Shown: positions 24,829 to 39,700, numbered from the whole stretch's first letter. The stretch: 57,635 bases of DNA, filler included, from Bipalium vagum (GCA_037834085.1; 3 parts of 3 records of this genome joined end to end with filler, not necessarily neighbours in it); one strand, 5' to 3'. Translations and numbers: made by a program. The notes: generated by a model from the letters alone, not told the origin.

Positions 24829-26689
24829 ATTTGATCGATGGATAATTTTAAAATATTTAATCAATTTTAATTATAGAAATAAAGTATTAGGAGAAAATAA
24901 TACATATTCTTCCTTTAATTCAGGATTACTAATTTTCTGATAAACGGTAGATGAAATTAATAATTTTTGAAAAATTAATGATTTAAAAATTAAAAACCTT
25001 TATTATTTTATCCAATTATTTTTGTTTAATAATTCATTTTAAATCTAGATTAATTGAGATAAAACCAAGGTCAGCTATGTGGCTTTGTATTATTTTAATT
25101 AATAATAACTAATAAATTAGAAAATAGTATTGTAGCAGGTTTTTTGTAAAATTAGCTAAAATAGTTACATAGGACCGTGGGAAATACTAGAGATTAAAGA
25201 TAATGAGTCCTGAATGGAGTTTAGAAATTTTAAAAATAAAATGAAAGCCATTGAAAGGCCTATCTTGTTTGGCCCCGGTTTTAAAACGGATTCTATTGTG
25301 GATGTTTAAACAATATTATAATTTTATAAATTCTCAACGAAGGAACAATTCTGAAAATTAATTTTATTGATTGACATATCGTTTATAAATAATTTAGTAT
25401 ATCATTTATGATAAAAATAAGATCTTCCTATTGTATAAAAATATATAGATTAAATAAATTAGAGAATTTTCGAGGTTTATAAAATATTTTTTCGATATAT
25501 TTTGATCTTAAATTAATTTTCGATTTTAATTAGAAAGTTTTAATTTTATCAAGAAAATTAATTAAAATTTTATTAATTTACATTTTATTGAAATCGATTT
25601 AAATTACTGATTTTTTATTATCGGTTTTCACTGTTATTTTAGCATTAAAAGTACCAAAAATAAATTATTAAATTAAAAATAATGGAAATAATTAAATTGT
25701 AAATATTTCCATCACATATTAAAAATTTGGAAAATATTCCAATTTTAAAAAAATGTTATTTTCCTAAATAAAAGAAATGGTTTAATATTTTGTAAGTATT
25801 TCCACTTTAATTTTAAATATTTTATTATGTTTTTGATGAAAGGGATCAGTCCAGTTTAATTGCTTTCTAAGATTTATTGGAAAAATGGTTTAAAATCCAA
25901 GCGATGTCTGTTAATGAATCTCATTTCATTTTAAAATAATATTTTTTTTAATTTTGCTGTTTTTTGAAAAAGAATTTTTATTCTGAAAAAATTTAATCTT
26001 AATGATAGATTTGTTTTAATGATACATTTTGTGACATTAAGACTTTGTATGTTAATTCAAAAAGAGGAAAATTATTTACTAATACATTTATATAAAGAAA
26101 ATATTTATCTCTTTTATCTTATATTATATTATTATTTTTATTGTTATAATTATTATCATCAATTATTTAGATCTGATGTAAGGCTGCTTGATGTGAATTA
26201 ATAAAAATGCATTTTGTTCATAAAAATATATTTGTGCCAAAACGGAAATGATTTCATTTTTATATCATAAAACTGGATTAATGCTGATGAAAAATATTGT
26301 AAAATATTGTAAGATCTCTTTGTTGGATGAACTCTATCAAAGAATGATAAAGTTTTACGTAGAAATGTAAAATGGTTTTTCATCGCACAGAATTTTGAAT
26401 TTTTTACTTTTAGAAATATATATAACAATGATTTTTAGGGTTAATTTTCAGGTCATTAATTTAAAGATTTTAGATGGTGGTTTATTTTTGAATACTTAAA
26501 ATAAATATTTATATTTTATAGTGTTACATATATTTTCTTTATTAGTAAAGTGCAGGATTTTCAAAATAATTTAACTAATTAAAATCAATGAAAGTCCATA
26601 TGAATTAAAATAAAGTCTTTATACATTTATTTAAAAGTCTTCACAACCGAGGCCTTTCAAAAAAAATCGAATATTGCAATAAACATTTC

Positions 26690-26860
26690 TTCAATCTGTT
26701 TGGTGATTCAACTTGAAGCATTTTCAATGGCTTTTCTTTAGCTTCCATATGTCTTTAGGATTTTGAGGTTTTACCAAATGCTTCCGCTTACTGAAAATTT
26801 TCTCAATCGGACTTAACTGTGCAAAGTATGCGAGTAACACACGACTTTTATCAAATTACA
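26690..26860 (-). mobile_element. Tc1/IS630-like transposase remnant
   Basis: Minus strand VLLAYFAQLSPIEKIFSKRKHLVK resembles the LPPYSPxLNPIExxFSxxK motif. Confidence 0.5.
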
Positions 26861-29159
26861 TACATACAAAAATTTACGTTTCATTATACCTTTAGTTGTA
26901 AAATTGCTGTATAAATAAATATTTATACTATTTTAATATTATATTTATACTAAATATTTATTTATTTTAATAGTTACAACATATTAAATACATTCATTAA
27001 TTTATTATTTATTTATTAAACTATAGTCAAAAAGTATTTAAATTATTTTGAAACTCGTTTTAAATTAAGTTGAAAATCTTAAAAAATTAAGTTTTATCTT
27101 AATTTATTTATTATTTGTGAAAAAATTATTCTTATAAGAAAAATTAGATCGATTATTTTTTAAATTTATTAAGATATATTAATTTTAATTAAAATATTGC
27201 GTACTAATTCTAAATATTCTAAACAGAAAATCTTTATTGAATCAAAGCACACTTATTTTTAAGAATTTTTACTATTTTTTCTCAAATGGAAATAAATACT
27301 CTTTTCCAGTTTCAAAATTACCCATAATCAAAAAAGATAATATTCAAAAACAAATTCATAATTTGTATACATATACCTTAAATTAATTAATTTAAATTTT
27401 AATACTTAAATTTTTAACAAACAGTTCATATAAATGCTACAGTTGACAAACTTTTGGCTGTTGGGCCAAAGCATAATCCAGGACGGTTTCATCTTAGAAA
27501 TGAATTCATAAAAATTCTTCCTACGGAAATTATATAATTTTTATTTGCAAATATAGGCAAAATTGTGATAAAATCTAAATTATTATTGTCCATTAAAAAT
27601 AAAATTGGAAAGATCTTCAATTTTATATTTCATAAAAGTTTATTCTGTATTTATATTAAAATTGATGCGAAAATGATTTAAGTATATTTATATTTTATTT
27701 TTATTTTCATTTAAAATTAATAAAATATTCCGAATTTCAAAATTAATACTTTTAATAATTTAAACAAATATGTGTGATTATTATTTCTTATTAAATAAAA
27801 TAAAATTAGAAGGAGTAGTTCGAATAATTAGTTTGCTTGAATTTTTTTAAATAAGGATCTCATGCTTAAAATAACAATTATTATATGTTTTTAATTTAAA
27901 GTTTTAAAAAATTATAATGTTACGGATTTTTAAATATTTTAAATAAATTTTGATAAATTTTTATAAAAGATGAGGTCCATGTTTGAAAAGTATGTTTAAG
28001 TAATCGGATTTAATGAAATATGTTATTATTATTAAAAAAAATAACAACACAAGAATATAACTAAAATAATGGGATTTAAATATATATACAAAAATGATAT
28101 ATTTTCCATATTGGGACTTTTTTTAATAATTTTCATTTTTAACATGTTTGAAATAATAACATATTTACTTGGGATCATAAATACTAATTTTGTAAATTTT
28201 TATTTTAAGTATTTCGATGGTGGCTTTACGGCCGTTTAAGTATTCTTTATATTACTTCGACAACTTTTATAAATATATTTTTCTTTCCTTTTACGACCAG
28301 AATTTCTTAACGTAGTTCCTTTAGAGTACATGTAAATAACCCATGTTCTTTACCGATATTTTTCTCATTTCCATACATACATATTTTGAAATTAAATTTT
28401 ATATTAATTATTAATAAAATAATAAATTTCTCATCTCCTTTTAAATAATTCATTGAAAAAATTTTCCTATTGACCATGGGGATTAAAAAATAAAGTATTC
28501 TTTGTAATGACTTTCTTTTGATAAGATAACTGAAATGATTTTGCTAATGCCAAAACAGTTTAATGTTCAAAAAATTACCCATTACAGACAGCTGGAATTT
28601 GTTACAGAAAACATTTTTGATGTAAAATAGGACTGAAGCTGACTCCTAATATTTATTTTTTCAATAATGTGACATAGAGAATTTGATTTTTAATATAATT
28701 AATTTAATAATTTTTTTAATTGGATTATGTTGATGGATACCTTGTTGATAATATTTTGGTACGTTTCGTTAAAATTAAAAGGATAAGATTAAAAATAACT
28801 ATTTATAAATGTTATAATTTTAAATTTATTTTTAATAAAGATTTTTAAAAATAATATTAAAATTAATTAATAAAAGAATCAATGAGCACATGATTATACA
28901 TGACCAGAGATGTCAAAAAATTAAAAAATTATCAATGAATTATACAAAAAATGATTTTAAGAAATCCTTAGAATAAATAAATATTATTATAGTAGGTTTA
29001 ATCGCATTATATAACAGTATTGATTAACATGGTTAAATGAGGCACTAAATAACAATGTGATAAAAAAAGATTTGTTACATGACATGTCAAAGCGTGGGAA
29101 TATTAATAAATAAGATTTCTAAAGGCACCAAAATAATGGGCATGTTGATAGAAATTGTA

Positions 29160-30108
29160 TTAAGGTGTTTTGAAAGTTACCAATTTTTCACATGTCAATG
29201 TTATAAACTTAATTTAAAGAAATAAGATAGTTTTAAATTATTGATTTCAATATTCCTTACAAACATGTGTGATTTGATTTATTGGTAAATTGAATATATC
29301 AAATTATTTTTGTGAAATTTGAAATGAATGCCAAGAAACTGAATTTTCAACAAATCTTACTTTCATTATCTTAAACTAACAATACTGCAAAACACTGAAG
29401 ACAATTATGTGTCAGTTCCATGTATGGATTCTATATCTGTTTCGTTTCGGGAATTTCGACCTTTGATGTTATCTGCGTTCAAATCAAAGATAAAGATAAA
29501 GATAACCTGGAACAGTCTGTAATTAAAGGAAACAGCATTTAACAACTTGAGAAATTGTAAAGATATTAAATTAACCTAATTCATACCCATTTGAAACATT
29601 TTCATTATATCTGGAAGCTTGAGGTTTTCATGCCACACGTCAGAGAATAATATTTATTATGTTGAAATTTGCAATTTTTTGAGAAATCTGGTGAAAAATG
29701 AATTTTGAAAAGATGTAAATTGCAGTATTTGCAGTAAATACAACACAAGAAAAGAAATAGTTCAGATCACTCCAGATCACACTTAAGTTTGGTAACTTGA
29801 CCGAAACTATTGGATCCAAATGAATTATAATACCACATCTATCATATTCACCTGATATATAATATTATTTATATATATATTTTTTTATTTTTAACAATTT
29901 CGCTCACTGCAACATTCATTTAATCACAGATTATTCAAATGACGGTTTATTCTCTTGACCCAGATTTTTAAAAACATGTTCTAGGAGAATAAATTCTTAA
30001 TATTACTTTATACATAGATAGATGTATTGGATAGAAAAAGTTTTCTATTAGTTAAAAAATTTATTTACAGTTTTACTAAAATCCGAAATAAGTTTCCGAA
30101 AAACCTAA
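29160..30108 (+). mobile_element. Decayed mariner element
   Basis: Remnants FRFGNFDL, IPHLSYSPDI, FRSLQHSFN; TIR-like end AAATCCGAAATAAGTTTCCGAAAAACCTAA+TA. Confidence 0.65.
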
Positions 30109-30749
30109 TATATTTAAGAAAAAACTTCTTACTTGAATAGGTTGTTCACAAGGCACACAATAAAACGATACCTATCTTTCAAATAAAAAACTATTACATT
30201 AAAAAACGGAAAGCTTATGTTTGAGGATGCGGAAAATGAAATTTTTACCTAATTTAAATCTATAAAAGAAGAGAACTTAATTGAAAAGATTAAGTTAAAA
30301 TTTCAGAGATACAATGAGCGCCAAATGGGTAGAGATTGTGGGGGAAATATTGATGAAAGTGTGAGAATACTAATGCTGAATGAAGAAATATTTTAATATA
30401 TTTTGAATACTTTACAGTTAAAAGTCTTGACTATTATTCAGAAGAACTTCAGTAATTAAATAAAAGGTAAGAGGAATATTTATTTTTTATAAATTTGGTT
30501 GAAGTCGTTATCTTTGAAATGTATTATCATAGTGATAAGTATTTCTTTAGCAAAAATTAAAGATTTATAAGAGCAAAATATTTAAGAAGAATATTCTGAA
30601 GAAATAACACTCCATATAAATAAACAAGATGAAAGATTAGGGAATCGTTAGAAATGGTTTGTGGTACTATTATAATAAAAATAGTTTTATAATGAGAATT
30701 TTTTACCAAACTCTAAAAGTATTATTATTATTATGTCGTCTATTAATTA

Positions 30750-31127
30750 TTATGTCCTCACATATGAAATGTCCGATTTTAAAACTAATTTTTTAAACTA
30801 CTATAATTCACGTAATATTTAACATTTGGAACTTATTTAAATATCATTTTGAAGCGTTAAATCTGGAGAATCAATATATAATATTTGTTTTAAAAAGTGA
30901 ATTATTTAAAATAATTTTAGACGGCATGGGAATGATATTAAAAAATACAGAAATGCGAACAATTTTTTATACGATAATTGCATCATAATAATAATGCATC
31001 AGAAGCTTCCCGAAACATCAATTTCGCATTTAGAGAGGGATCAGCTAATGAAAGAACTATTCGGAGGTGGTTCAAAAAATTCCATATTACATAATCGGAC
31101 ATTTCATGTGTGATTAGGACAACCTAA
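30750..31127 (+). mobile_element. Internally deleted mariner (cecropia/Hsmar1-like) keeping both TIRs and the N-terminal HTH coding region
   Basis: Inverted CACA(T/C)ATGAAATGTCCGATT at both ends; internal NASEASRNINFAFREGSANERTIRRWFKKF. Confidence 0.85.
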
Positions 31128-32899
31128 TATAATGATTTATAAGGAAAATGGAAAACAGTCTGTGACAGAAACATTTTTCTGATATAAAAAATTTCCGAAT
31201 CAATTACAGTATAAGAGAAATGAGCTGCTGGTAATGATAATTTCCTGCAAATACCACCCATCAGATAGTTTAGTTTGGAAAAATATTTCTACATTTTATG
31301 ATCTTTGAGAAGAAAGTATTTATTGAAATCTTAAGATTGAAAAATACCTAAATAGATTTGATCCTGTCAGATCCATTTTCAACGCTTCACTTATTTTAAA
31401 GCGATAGAAAAGAATGATTTTTTTCTATTAATTGCCTCGGTGTTTCAATATTTATTGAACAGATTATTATATTATTAAATATAATTCAAATGTGTTTTAT
31501 TATTTATATTCCTGGAGATGTGAAATAAAATAATTAAATTTAAGATATACTCAAAATATTATGAGTATTATAAATAAGATCTGAAAATTTCTTTTATCAT
31601 TTGGAGAAATGGTTTCGATTGAAATACACTGTGAAGTTAATTGGAATAATTATAAAAGATAGAATTATAGTTGAAAATATTTCTTTTTCACGTATAATAT
31701 TTTATGAATATATATATAAATATATTTTTTCAAATAATTAAAAATATTCATTGTAATATTTTTTGAGCCCATTAAATGTTGACCAGTTAGATAAATTAAT
31801 TTATTAATTATTCAAAATGTAAGAGTTTTTACTTTTATTAGAAAAATAATCGGAAAATTGATAATAAAAATCAATCTTTTTCTAACATTGATGATTATAT
31901 TGAATATTTGAGAATATACGTGCACCAGGAGAAGTTTTCAATCATATTAATAATATTATGTTTATTTTATTATTTAATATATGTAGAAATTTATTTCTTT
32001 TTGAAGAAAATAGGAAAAAATATTTTTCTTTTCCTACGGTTTAAGTAAACATTTATGTACAGATCATATTTACTTTATCTTTCATTTATGAAAAGTGAAT
32101 ACTACATATTCTATATTCAGCTTATTAGGTAAAATTGTATATTCTTGATGATAAAACATCAAATTTAATGTGATTAATAACAATGTCTTTGAACGTAGTT
32201 TCACTTTTTCAAGGAAAGCATCAATTAATTCACGTCAATTATGAATCCAAAACGTATGTTGGATTTGGCTCAGTAAATTGTTTACTTTAAAAATACTATA
32301 AAATCATTATTTATTTCGCTGACATTATCAGACTGTGGCTCTCTCAATTACAGCAATCGATTTAGACAAACGATTAAACACGGACCTCATATCCACCAAC
32401 TCGAACACCCCTGCATAAGAGAATTATAATAATAATTTTATAAAAATGAAATTGCCAAATAATAATGAAAGAATTAAATCATTTTCATTAGTTTATAATA
32501 TTATTTATTTATATATTTTTTTTATATAATAATAATTAATTTTTTTCATTGATATATTAAAAAATAATTTGATTTGCATTTTAATAATTTTGAGACTTAA
32601 TATACTGCGGAACAACCAAAAGACTTGTCACAAACATGTATTTACAGACAGGAAGACTATAAAATTGTGGTAGTTAATCTAAATCATACTTATCAATGAT
32701 AGTTAGAAGTTCAGTTATTAACAACTGGAACTGGTAGATTAGATTAGACCAATAGAACATAGGGTAGTACTGTAGGGTAGATGATGCAGCAAAGTTTGAT
32801 GTTTTGAATTATTCTTCAAACATCTACACAAAACGAGCCTATAAATGTAAAAGTAACAATAATCATTTGATTTTTTCATTTTGCAGACGCTGTGCTACA

Positions 32900-33400
32900 T
32901 GCTATCTTGTTTGAGAATCAGCCGTTCAGATTTTGTTGGACTGCTTTATCCCCACTGTCTAATGATATATAAACATTTAATCGATGACTACAAGGCATTC
33001 GCAATTATTGTGTTGATGCTTTTAAAAGAACCGAAGGAATAGCTTCTGGGACATGGTTTTTCAGTTACATTAGATAATATCATAAGAAGCATCATTATAC
33101 TCAGCCAGTGTGTCTATCGTAATATGGGTATCATCATCTAATAATTGATGCCCTAACTTTACAAGTTTATCCGGATGAGAAGACTGAGGGCGTACATATC
33201 TGTCATTATCTTCTAAAGAAATGTGTTGTCAAGATTGCAAGTCTGAATACCATCAGTAAATGAGGATACTAAGTTCTTGCTCCATGTTCTTTGAAGGTGG
33301 ATTTATGACATTCTTTTGCCTCGATATCATTTCGGTGAGATGTTTCAATAAGGAAACGGGCTTTTCACTTGTAACTTCCATATCTCTAAATCTAGAATGA
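32900..33400 (-). mobile_element. Decayed mariner N-terminal remnant
   Basis: Minus strand RPQSSHPDKLVKLGHQLLDDDTHITIDTLAE resembles the GRP...DxRITIxELAE second HTH region. Confidence 0.45.
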
Positions 33401-33615
33401 AAAATGAGTAATTACTCATAACTTGACAATGACTCTAGCAAAACAATTAAATTTGTGGTTATGTATTAACCTAATAATACTCTACACAGTCATGATTAAA
33501 TATTTTTATTTATTAACATATTTTATTGATAGTGGCAAGACTTTTAGTTGGACTGCAGTATAAGAATTTAATACAATAAATTATAAAGAACAAATTTTTC
33601 AGTAACGATAATATA

Positions 33616-34215
33616 CATGATGTTCGATAACTCACTCCATAGCTTACCATTCCATTAATCTAATTAACTAAAAGAGCTTAATGTTTTTTTCATTGAAGGC
33701 CAGCAAACTTCTCTGCAGCGAATCACATTAGATTTCACAGAAGAATGAGCATAGTCTTGTCTTTTTGGTGACCAATTTTTGTCCAACCTCCCGACCAATT
33801 GGATTTTTTAGAATGTATTTCACTAGGAAAAAATCAAACTCTTAAATTCAAATGAACACCATCTTCTTGAAAATAATCTCTTTAAAATTCTTTTTCCTTG
33901 AAGGATAAACACAAAATAATCTTGTGTGTAAAAGTATTTTGATTATATTATCAGGCGTAAGGATCCACAATCTTTCTTGAATTAATTATAATTTAAACAT
34001 TGTTCCAGATTTGATTACATGAAATAATCACAGAAATTCTGTCTTCAATTTTTAAACTTTTAAATTATTAGTAACCGATATGTTTCTGGTTCTAGAGTGC
34101 TATATTTGTGCTAAACATAAATAAAAAACAAAACTATTGTGAATAATTAGACACTTCAACTGTGCCACACTTCTTTATTTCAACATGACCCAAGAGCGAC
34201 TTATCGAACACCTTG
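33616..34215 (-). mobile_element. 600-bp non-autonomous Tc1/mariner-superfamily element
   Basis: TA-flanked TIRs CATGATGTTCGATAACTCACTC / CAAGGTGTTCGATAAGTCGCTC (18/22); internal minus-strand FQEDGV and WSPK remnants (FQQDGA / WPPxSPD-like). Confidence 0.7.
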
Positions 34216-34769
34216 TATTATATTTACATCAATTTTTTAATTAGGGGACGAGAGTTTTTAGAAATTATTATGTTTTTCTGCCACTTTAGTGGTCAACTTT
34301 TTATATGACCTTATCTAGAAAATTTTATTTTCACAATCACTTGATTAAGTAAGTTAATAAATTATTCAATATTAAATATAAAATAATTCATGTTCTTTGT
34401 AAATGGGGAAGTATTAAAAGTGTTTAACTGAATAATGTTTATTACTTTTAGAATTCATTAAAAGTCCCATCTAGATATAATCAATTATTAAAATTGGAAA
34501 ACCTTTAAAATATAAAATAAATGATTAAAATATTTTATTTTGTCAATTGTTAATTTATATATTTTGTTTTAAATATTATAAAATTCAATCAATTTATAAC
34601 TTTAAAATCTAAAAGCTTATTCTAAGACTTATAAAACTGACATTAAAATCCCATGTTTTGATAAAATTGCATGAATATTCAGATTACTGATTTGACTTAA
34701 TAAAATATTAGTACAGATGAAAATTCTTTAGCATCAAAATGAAAACCACTTTATTGAAATTTTTACACA

Positions 34770-34990
34770 AAATCTTTAATAGTAATCATATTGAGTCTGA
34801 ATACAACGACCCATCCTGTCCTCCCATTTAAGGTAGACTTTGTGACAGAACTGTGAAGGTATGAACAGCATTATCTAATTCTTCTTCCGATTTTTGAATA
34901 GCCAAAAATCACAGGGAGGACTGTAAGGTGGGTGTGGAACAATACCACTCAAGTATTATGCCGAAAATTTAGTCTTATGTGTTCAAGCAT
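34770..34990 (-). mobile_element. Mariner C-terminal remnant
   Basis: Minus strand VPHPPYSP..PCDFWLF...KWEDRMGRCIQTQYDYY. Confidence 0.7.
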
Positions 34991-35698
34991 TATTATGGTG
35001 ATAAATTATTTTTTAAATTTATCTGTCAATGATTTAAGTAATTGATTATTTAAAACAAATAATATATCATTAAAAAATCATGTAATCTCTTCAGCCTTAA
35101 AGACTTTTTATCTGTACTATTCATTTTAAAAACATCTTCTCTTATAGGTAACAAATCAATAGAAGTTAATATATATAATCTCGCTTGAGTAATAAACGTG
35201 GTAAAACAGAATTTTTAATAATTGGAATGAGTTTTTAATTATCATGTTTATTGAATAAATTATATTTTGGTAAATATAAATAATTAAATGAGTAATTATA
35301 GACTTTGTTCATTTGATGTCAGTGAAATTAAATCTATTTATTTAGGCACACATTAATATTTTTACTTAATACTTGTAGAATTTATAAAAAGTAACATTTA
35401 TACTTTTTTTTTATATATGTTATAATTTGATGATAAATAAAAAAATTGTTGTTTTATATTTTATTATTAAATTTTATTTCCTGAAAGATAAAGTTTTTAA
35501 AAAATTTTATTACACGAATGTGAAGAGTAAAAGGAATTAAAATTATTACTTAAAATATACGAACATTTTATGGATTTCTATTTTCTTTTTATTGTATTAT
35601 AATTATTTTTTGTAATTATTACCTTAAAATTTCTTTTGAAAAATACCCATATTTATAGTAAAGACATAAAGTTGTTGACATTTTTTATGATATATATA

Positions 35699-35798
35699 NN
35701 NNNNNNNNNNNNNNNNNNNNNNNNNNNNNNNNNNNNNNNNNNTTAATTAATTAANNNNNNNNNNNNNNNNNNNNNNNNNNNNNNNNNNNNNNNNNNNN
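35699..35798. other. Artificial assembly spacer (N44-TTAATTAATTAA-N44)
   Basis: Same 100-bp construct; flanked by (TA)n and (AAT)n runs typical of contig ends. Confidence 0.97.

Positions 35799-35871
<73 letters not shown>
35799..35871. repeat. (AAT)n microsatellite
   Basis: Perfect run at a contig start. Confidence 0.95.
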
Positions 35872-37034
35872 GTCACCATATTATTATTAGGGATTGAATT
35901 TTTAACGGGTTTTTTGTAAAATCTCGTTATTACCAGGTATTTTTATGGTTCTTTTTAAAATTTTTAAGGAGTATAACGATTTATTAAGAGATACATTTTA
36001 ATGTATATAAACTGATAACTATAAAAGATAATTCGAAAAAAAAATATTTATTTATTGAAATACATTGATAAATGTTTACCTATATTTTCTGTTAATAGAC
36101 TTTTTCTGTGTTCTTTATTATTTGTTTACATTTACGGAAGTTTCTTTCAATATTATCGGATAATAATAGAACATATGACAAACATTTATCAACCGACTTA
36201 CACTTAAAAACATTGAAAATCAATAAAACAGTTGATATCTGAATTCAAATCTGTTTATATAAATTTTTTTCAAAAGGTTTTCGTCTAAATTCTTTTAATT
36301 CCCAAATTTACATTTCATAATCCATAATTTGTTTTTCAAGTTTCTCAATAATGTGGAGACTCCGAAAAAACTAATTAAAACAATCAATTTGTTATTTGTT
36401 GTGATCAATTTTTATCAATTTTTATGTAAGATAAAAACCTCTAAGTAAATTTAAATTACCCTAACAATTATAAATATTCTTATTATAATTATTATTATAT
36501 TAAAATTTCTTAAAAAAATAATATACTTAAAAGTTAAAAATAGAAAGTTCAACTTAATATAATTATGATAAATATGATTTTAAAATTAGAAATGATCTGA
36601 GAATTTCCTCATAATCGCAATATATTCCCTTATAAATATCATTTTTTCAGAAGTTTTCCTAATTTTTATTAAAAATAAAATTTAATTAAGTTGTGTAAAT
36701 TATTTTATCACATCTTGTAATACCCAATATAAAGACTAATAATAATATCACGTTATATATTTATATCTTTATTATAATATTATTTATTATTAGTCTTATT
36801 ATACTTATTTGACTTATTTTTGTGAATTATTTAAGATTTAAATGTTAAAATATTTTAATTAACATTAAATTAAATTAGCATATAAAATAAATTAATAAAT
36901 AAATTGTAAAGTGAAATCTAAAAAAAATATTTCATTTTATATTATTATTTTATCGATTATAAATATCATTGATTGCGCCTTCTTATATCATTATACACAC
37001 TTTATATACACATGTTATCCATGAAAGATTATAA

Positions 37035-37290
37035 TTATTTAAAATAGGTTCCATGGGATTCGATACAACATCTGGCACGGTCAGCTAGTGCATGCATTGA
37101 ATTTTCAATTTCATTTAAAGTAATTTCATTGAGCACTCGTGTCACGACTGTTTGAATAGCTTGAACATCATCATAAAATACACCTTCCAATGCCAATTTC
37201 AGTTTTGGGAATAGAAAATAGTCGCATGGTGATAGATCAGGCGAATATGGTGGATGTCCGATGACACAATTTATTTTGGTCAAAAATTCA
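37035..37290 (-). mobile_element. Mariner transposase C-terminal fragment (irritans-like motif)
   Basis: HPPYSPDLSPCDYFLFPKLKLALEG...RCCIESHGTYFK. Confidence 0.9.
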
Positions 37291-38979
37291 CAATTTTAAT
37301 AATATTAGTAATATTTAATGATAATACTTGAATAATAATTCAATCTGAATCAATACTTTACATTCACAAAAATAATTGATTTTATCAAGGAACAAAAAAT
37401 TCTTCAATATTGGTTAAAAACTGCAACAATTCTCTTCCTTAAAAATAACAGACTTAACATTTGGAAATAAGTCAGCTTAAACATTAAATAAATTATTGAA
37501 TACTTTGGAATGAATTTATCTTTTACACTACGATTATCCTCTAAGTGCTTTCCCACTTGAGATTGTTTAGTAAAAATGTTTCAGTCAAATATATTATTTA
37601 TTAAAAAATTAAAATAAAAACTGGAGAAAAAAATTGAAGGACTGTAAAACGAGAAGAGGAGAATAGCAAAAAATAAAATTTTTCATTAAAAGATTAAAAT
37701 TTTATGAAAATTAATGAAAAAAATATAGGCCCTTTATTATGTTAACGAAATAATTATTTATATATAAATTCAGCGTATTTAATAAAATTTTTGCTTTATA
37801 CACTGAAATTCATTCAGAAATTTTTATGAATTTTTCAATTAAAATCAATTTATATTATGAACCATTGATTAATATTCAAATTTATTATTATTATTAAATA
37901 ATATTTTATTATTTTATTTTTTAAATTATATTTTTGCATTATTATTGTGTAATATAATTTGCAATTTTTAATTTATTATATATTTTAATTAATACTTTTG
38001 ACGTAATGAGAGAGTAATTTTTTTGATATTACGTCAATGTTATTGGATAATATTCATAATATCTTTGCTCTCTTAACTGCATATGTATGAGCACTGATAG
38101 ATGATCAATTGAAATAGTGAAAATTATCAAAGGATAAGCCAATTATAACGTAATTTAATGATGAGCAAAATACCCCTCATTTCAAGTAACTGAATTTAGC
38201 CCATCAATTAAAGAGACCTGGTTTCTTTTCAGGAAATAGCGATATTTCTTGTCAACACAAACTCTAGAAAAAAAAGAATGGATATGAATCTGCTTTTGTT
38301 ATATAGTCAGGTAAAATTCAACTTCCGGAATACCATATCTCAGTGGGATCTATCATACCATTTATTGTACACATAGATGAATGGCTGATATAATGTTCTG
38401 CTTTGTTGTGTAAATTATTTTCCCCTACTGTTTATTATGGAATAAAATTAAAATTGAACTATAAGCTCATTTCGATGTCAAAATTTTCAATTGATTTATG
38501 TTTTTATTATGATATATGAATCAGGTCTTGGTATATTGAATATAATAGGAAATTGTCACATAAATTTTTAATATATAATAATAAAAATCGGTAAAATAAA
38601 AAAAACCGGTAACTTGTGAATGAATTTTGTTTGTGGTCGAAAGATTTCTGAAAAGCAGTCTAATATAATTTTATCATTGAATTTTTTTTCCTTTGACACA
38701 ATCAGTAATATTTATTTATTTATTTATAATAGTATAACTAAAAGAGCCAAGTATGATATAGGGACACAAATATTTTTGAATTTAATAAATAAATAATTTA
38801 TTTTTTAATGAAGTTTGAGACCATTTTAATCAGAAAAGGAAAAAAATATATGATATACGTAATTTAATTTTTAAAATTATTTTTTGTTAAAAATGGTAAT
38901 GATAATTTTTTCACTTGAATAGGAACAAGAAATCCTTCAAGTAGAAATTATGTTACATAAAGACAAATACAAAAAATTA

Positions 38980-39700
38980 TTAATGGACAGGACTACCTTT
39001 TTAGTATCACTTCATAAATTCTGTTGAGTAATCGATTGGAATAATGATTCCAAGAACTTTAAAGAAATGCACTTTCAGGCACCTTCCTTGACAACCATCT
39101 CCGAACTTTATTCATGACAGTTAAGTCAGGGGAGTAAGAAGGTCAATCAGTTCGCTTTTTAGGACTTTGCTATTCGTGTAGAGTGAATAGGTGAGTTGTC
39201 ATATTGATACTTCCACATATCTTCTTATAACTTGAAAACCTTTTCTTTGAAATTGAAATGTACGTACATTTATTTTTGTGAAGTAAACAAAGGCTTATCT
39301 GTTCCATAATACAAAATTGCACCTGAAATCATCAAATCACCTACACGACTATGAATTTCTGCTTAAAATTTCTTTTCTTAAATTATGACAATAATTTTTT
39401 ATATAACCCCAACCATCTATATTGAATCCCTTTTCATCTGAAAAGATGGTTTTTTCCCACTCTCCTTTCCATCTCATATGTGTTTTGGCAAAGACAAATC
39501 GTTTCTCTTTCCTCGTCATCAAAATTGGAAGATTTTTAGCTGTTTCTTTTAGGGAATATGTTCCACAGCTTTTATTACAAGCCAAACATTAGACAGTAAT
39601 ATTGCATTCTGATTTAATTTTTTCAACAGATTTTGTTATATTTGATGTGGTCTTTCATTATCTTTAAACAAAATTTGCCTTCTTTTGATTTAATAGTTCC
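38980..39700 (-). mobile_element. Tc3-like (Tc1 family) transposase remnant
   Basis: KRFVFAKTHMRW..EWEKTIFSDEKGFNIDG...LRKE resembles Tc3 VFSDEKKFNLDG; downstream PSYSPDL at about 39120-39150. Boundaries approximate. Confidence 0.8.
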
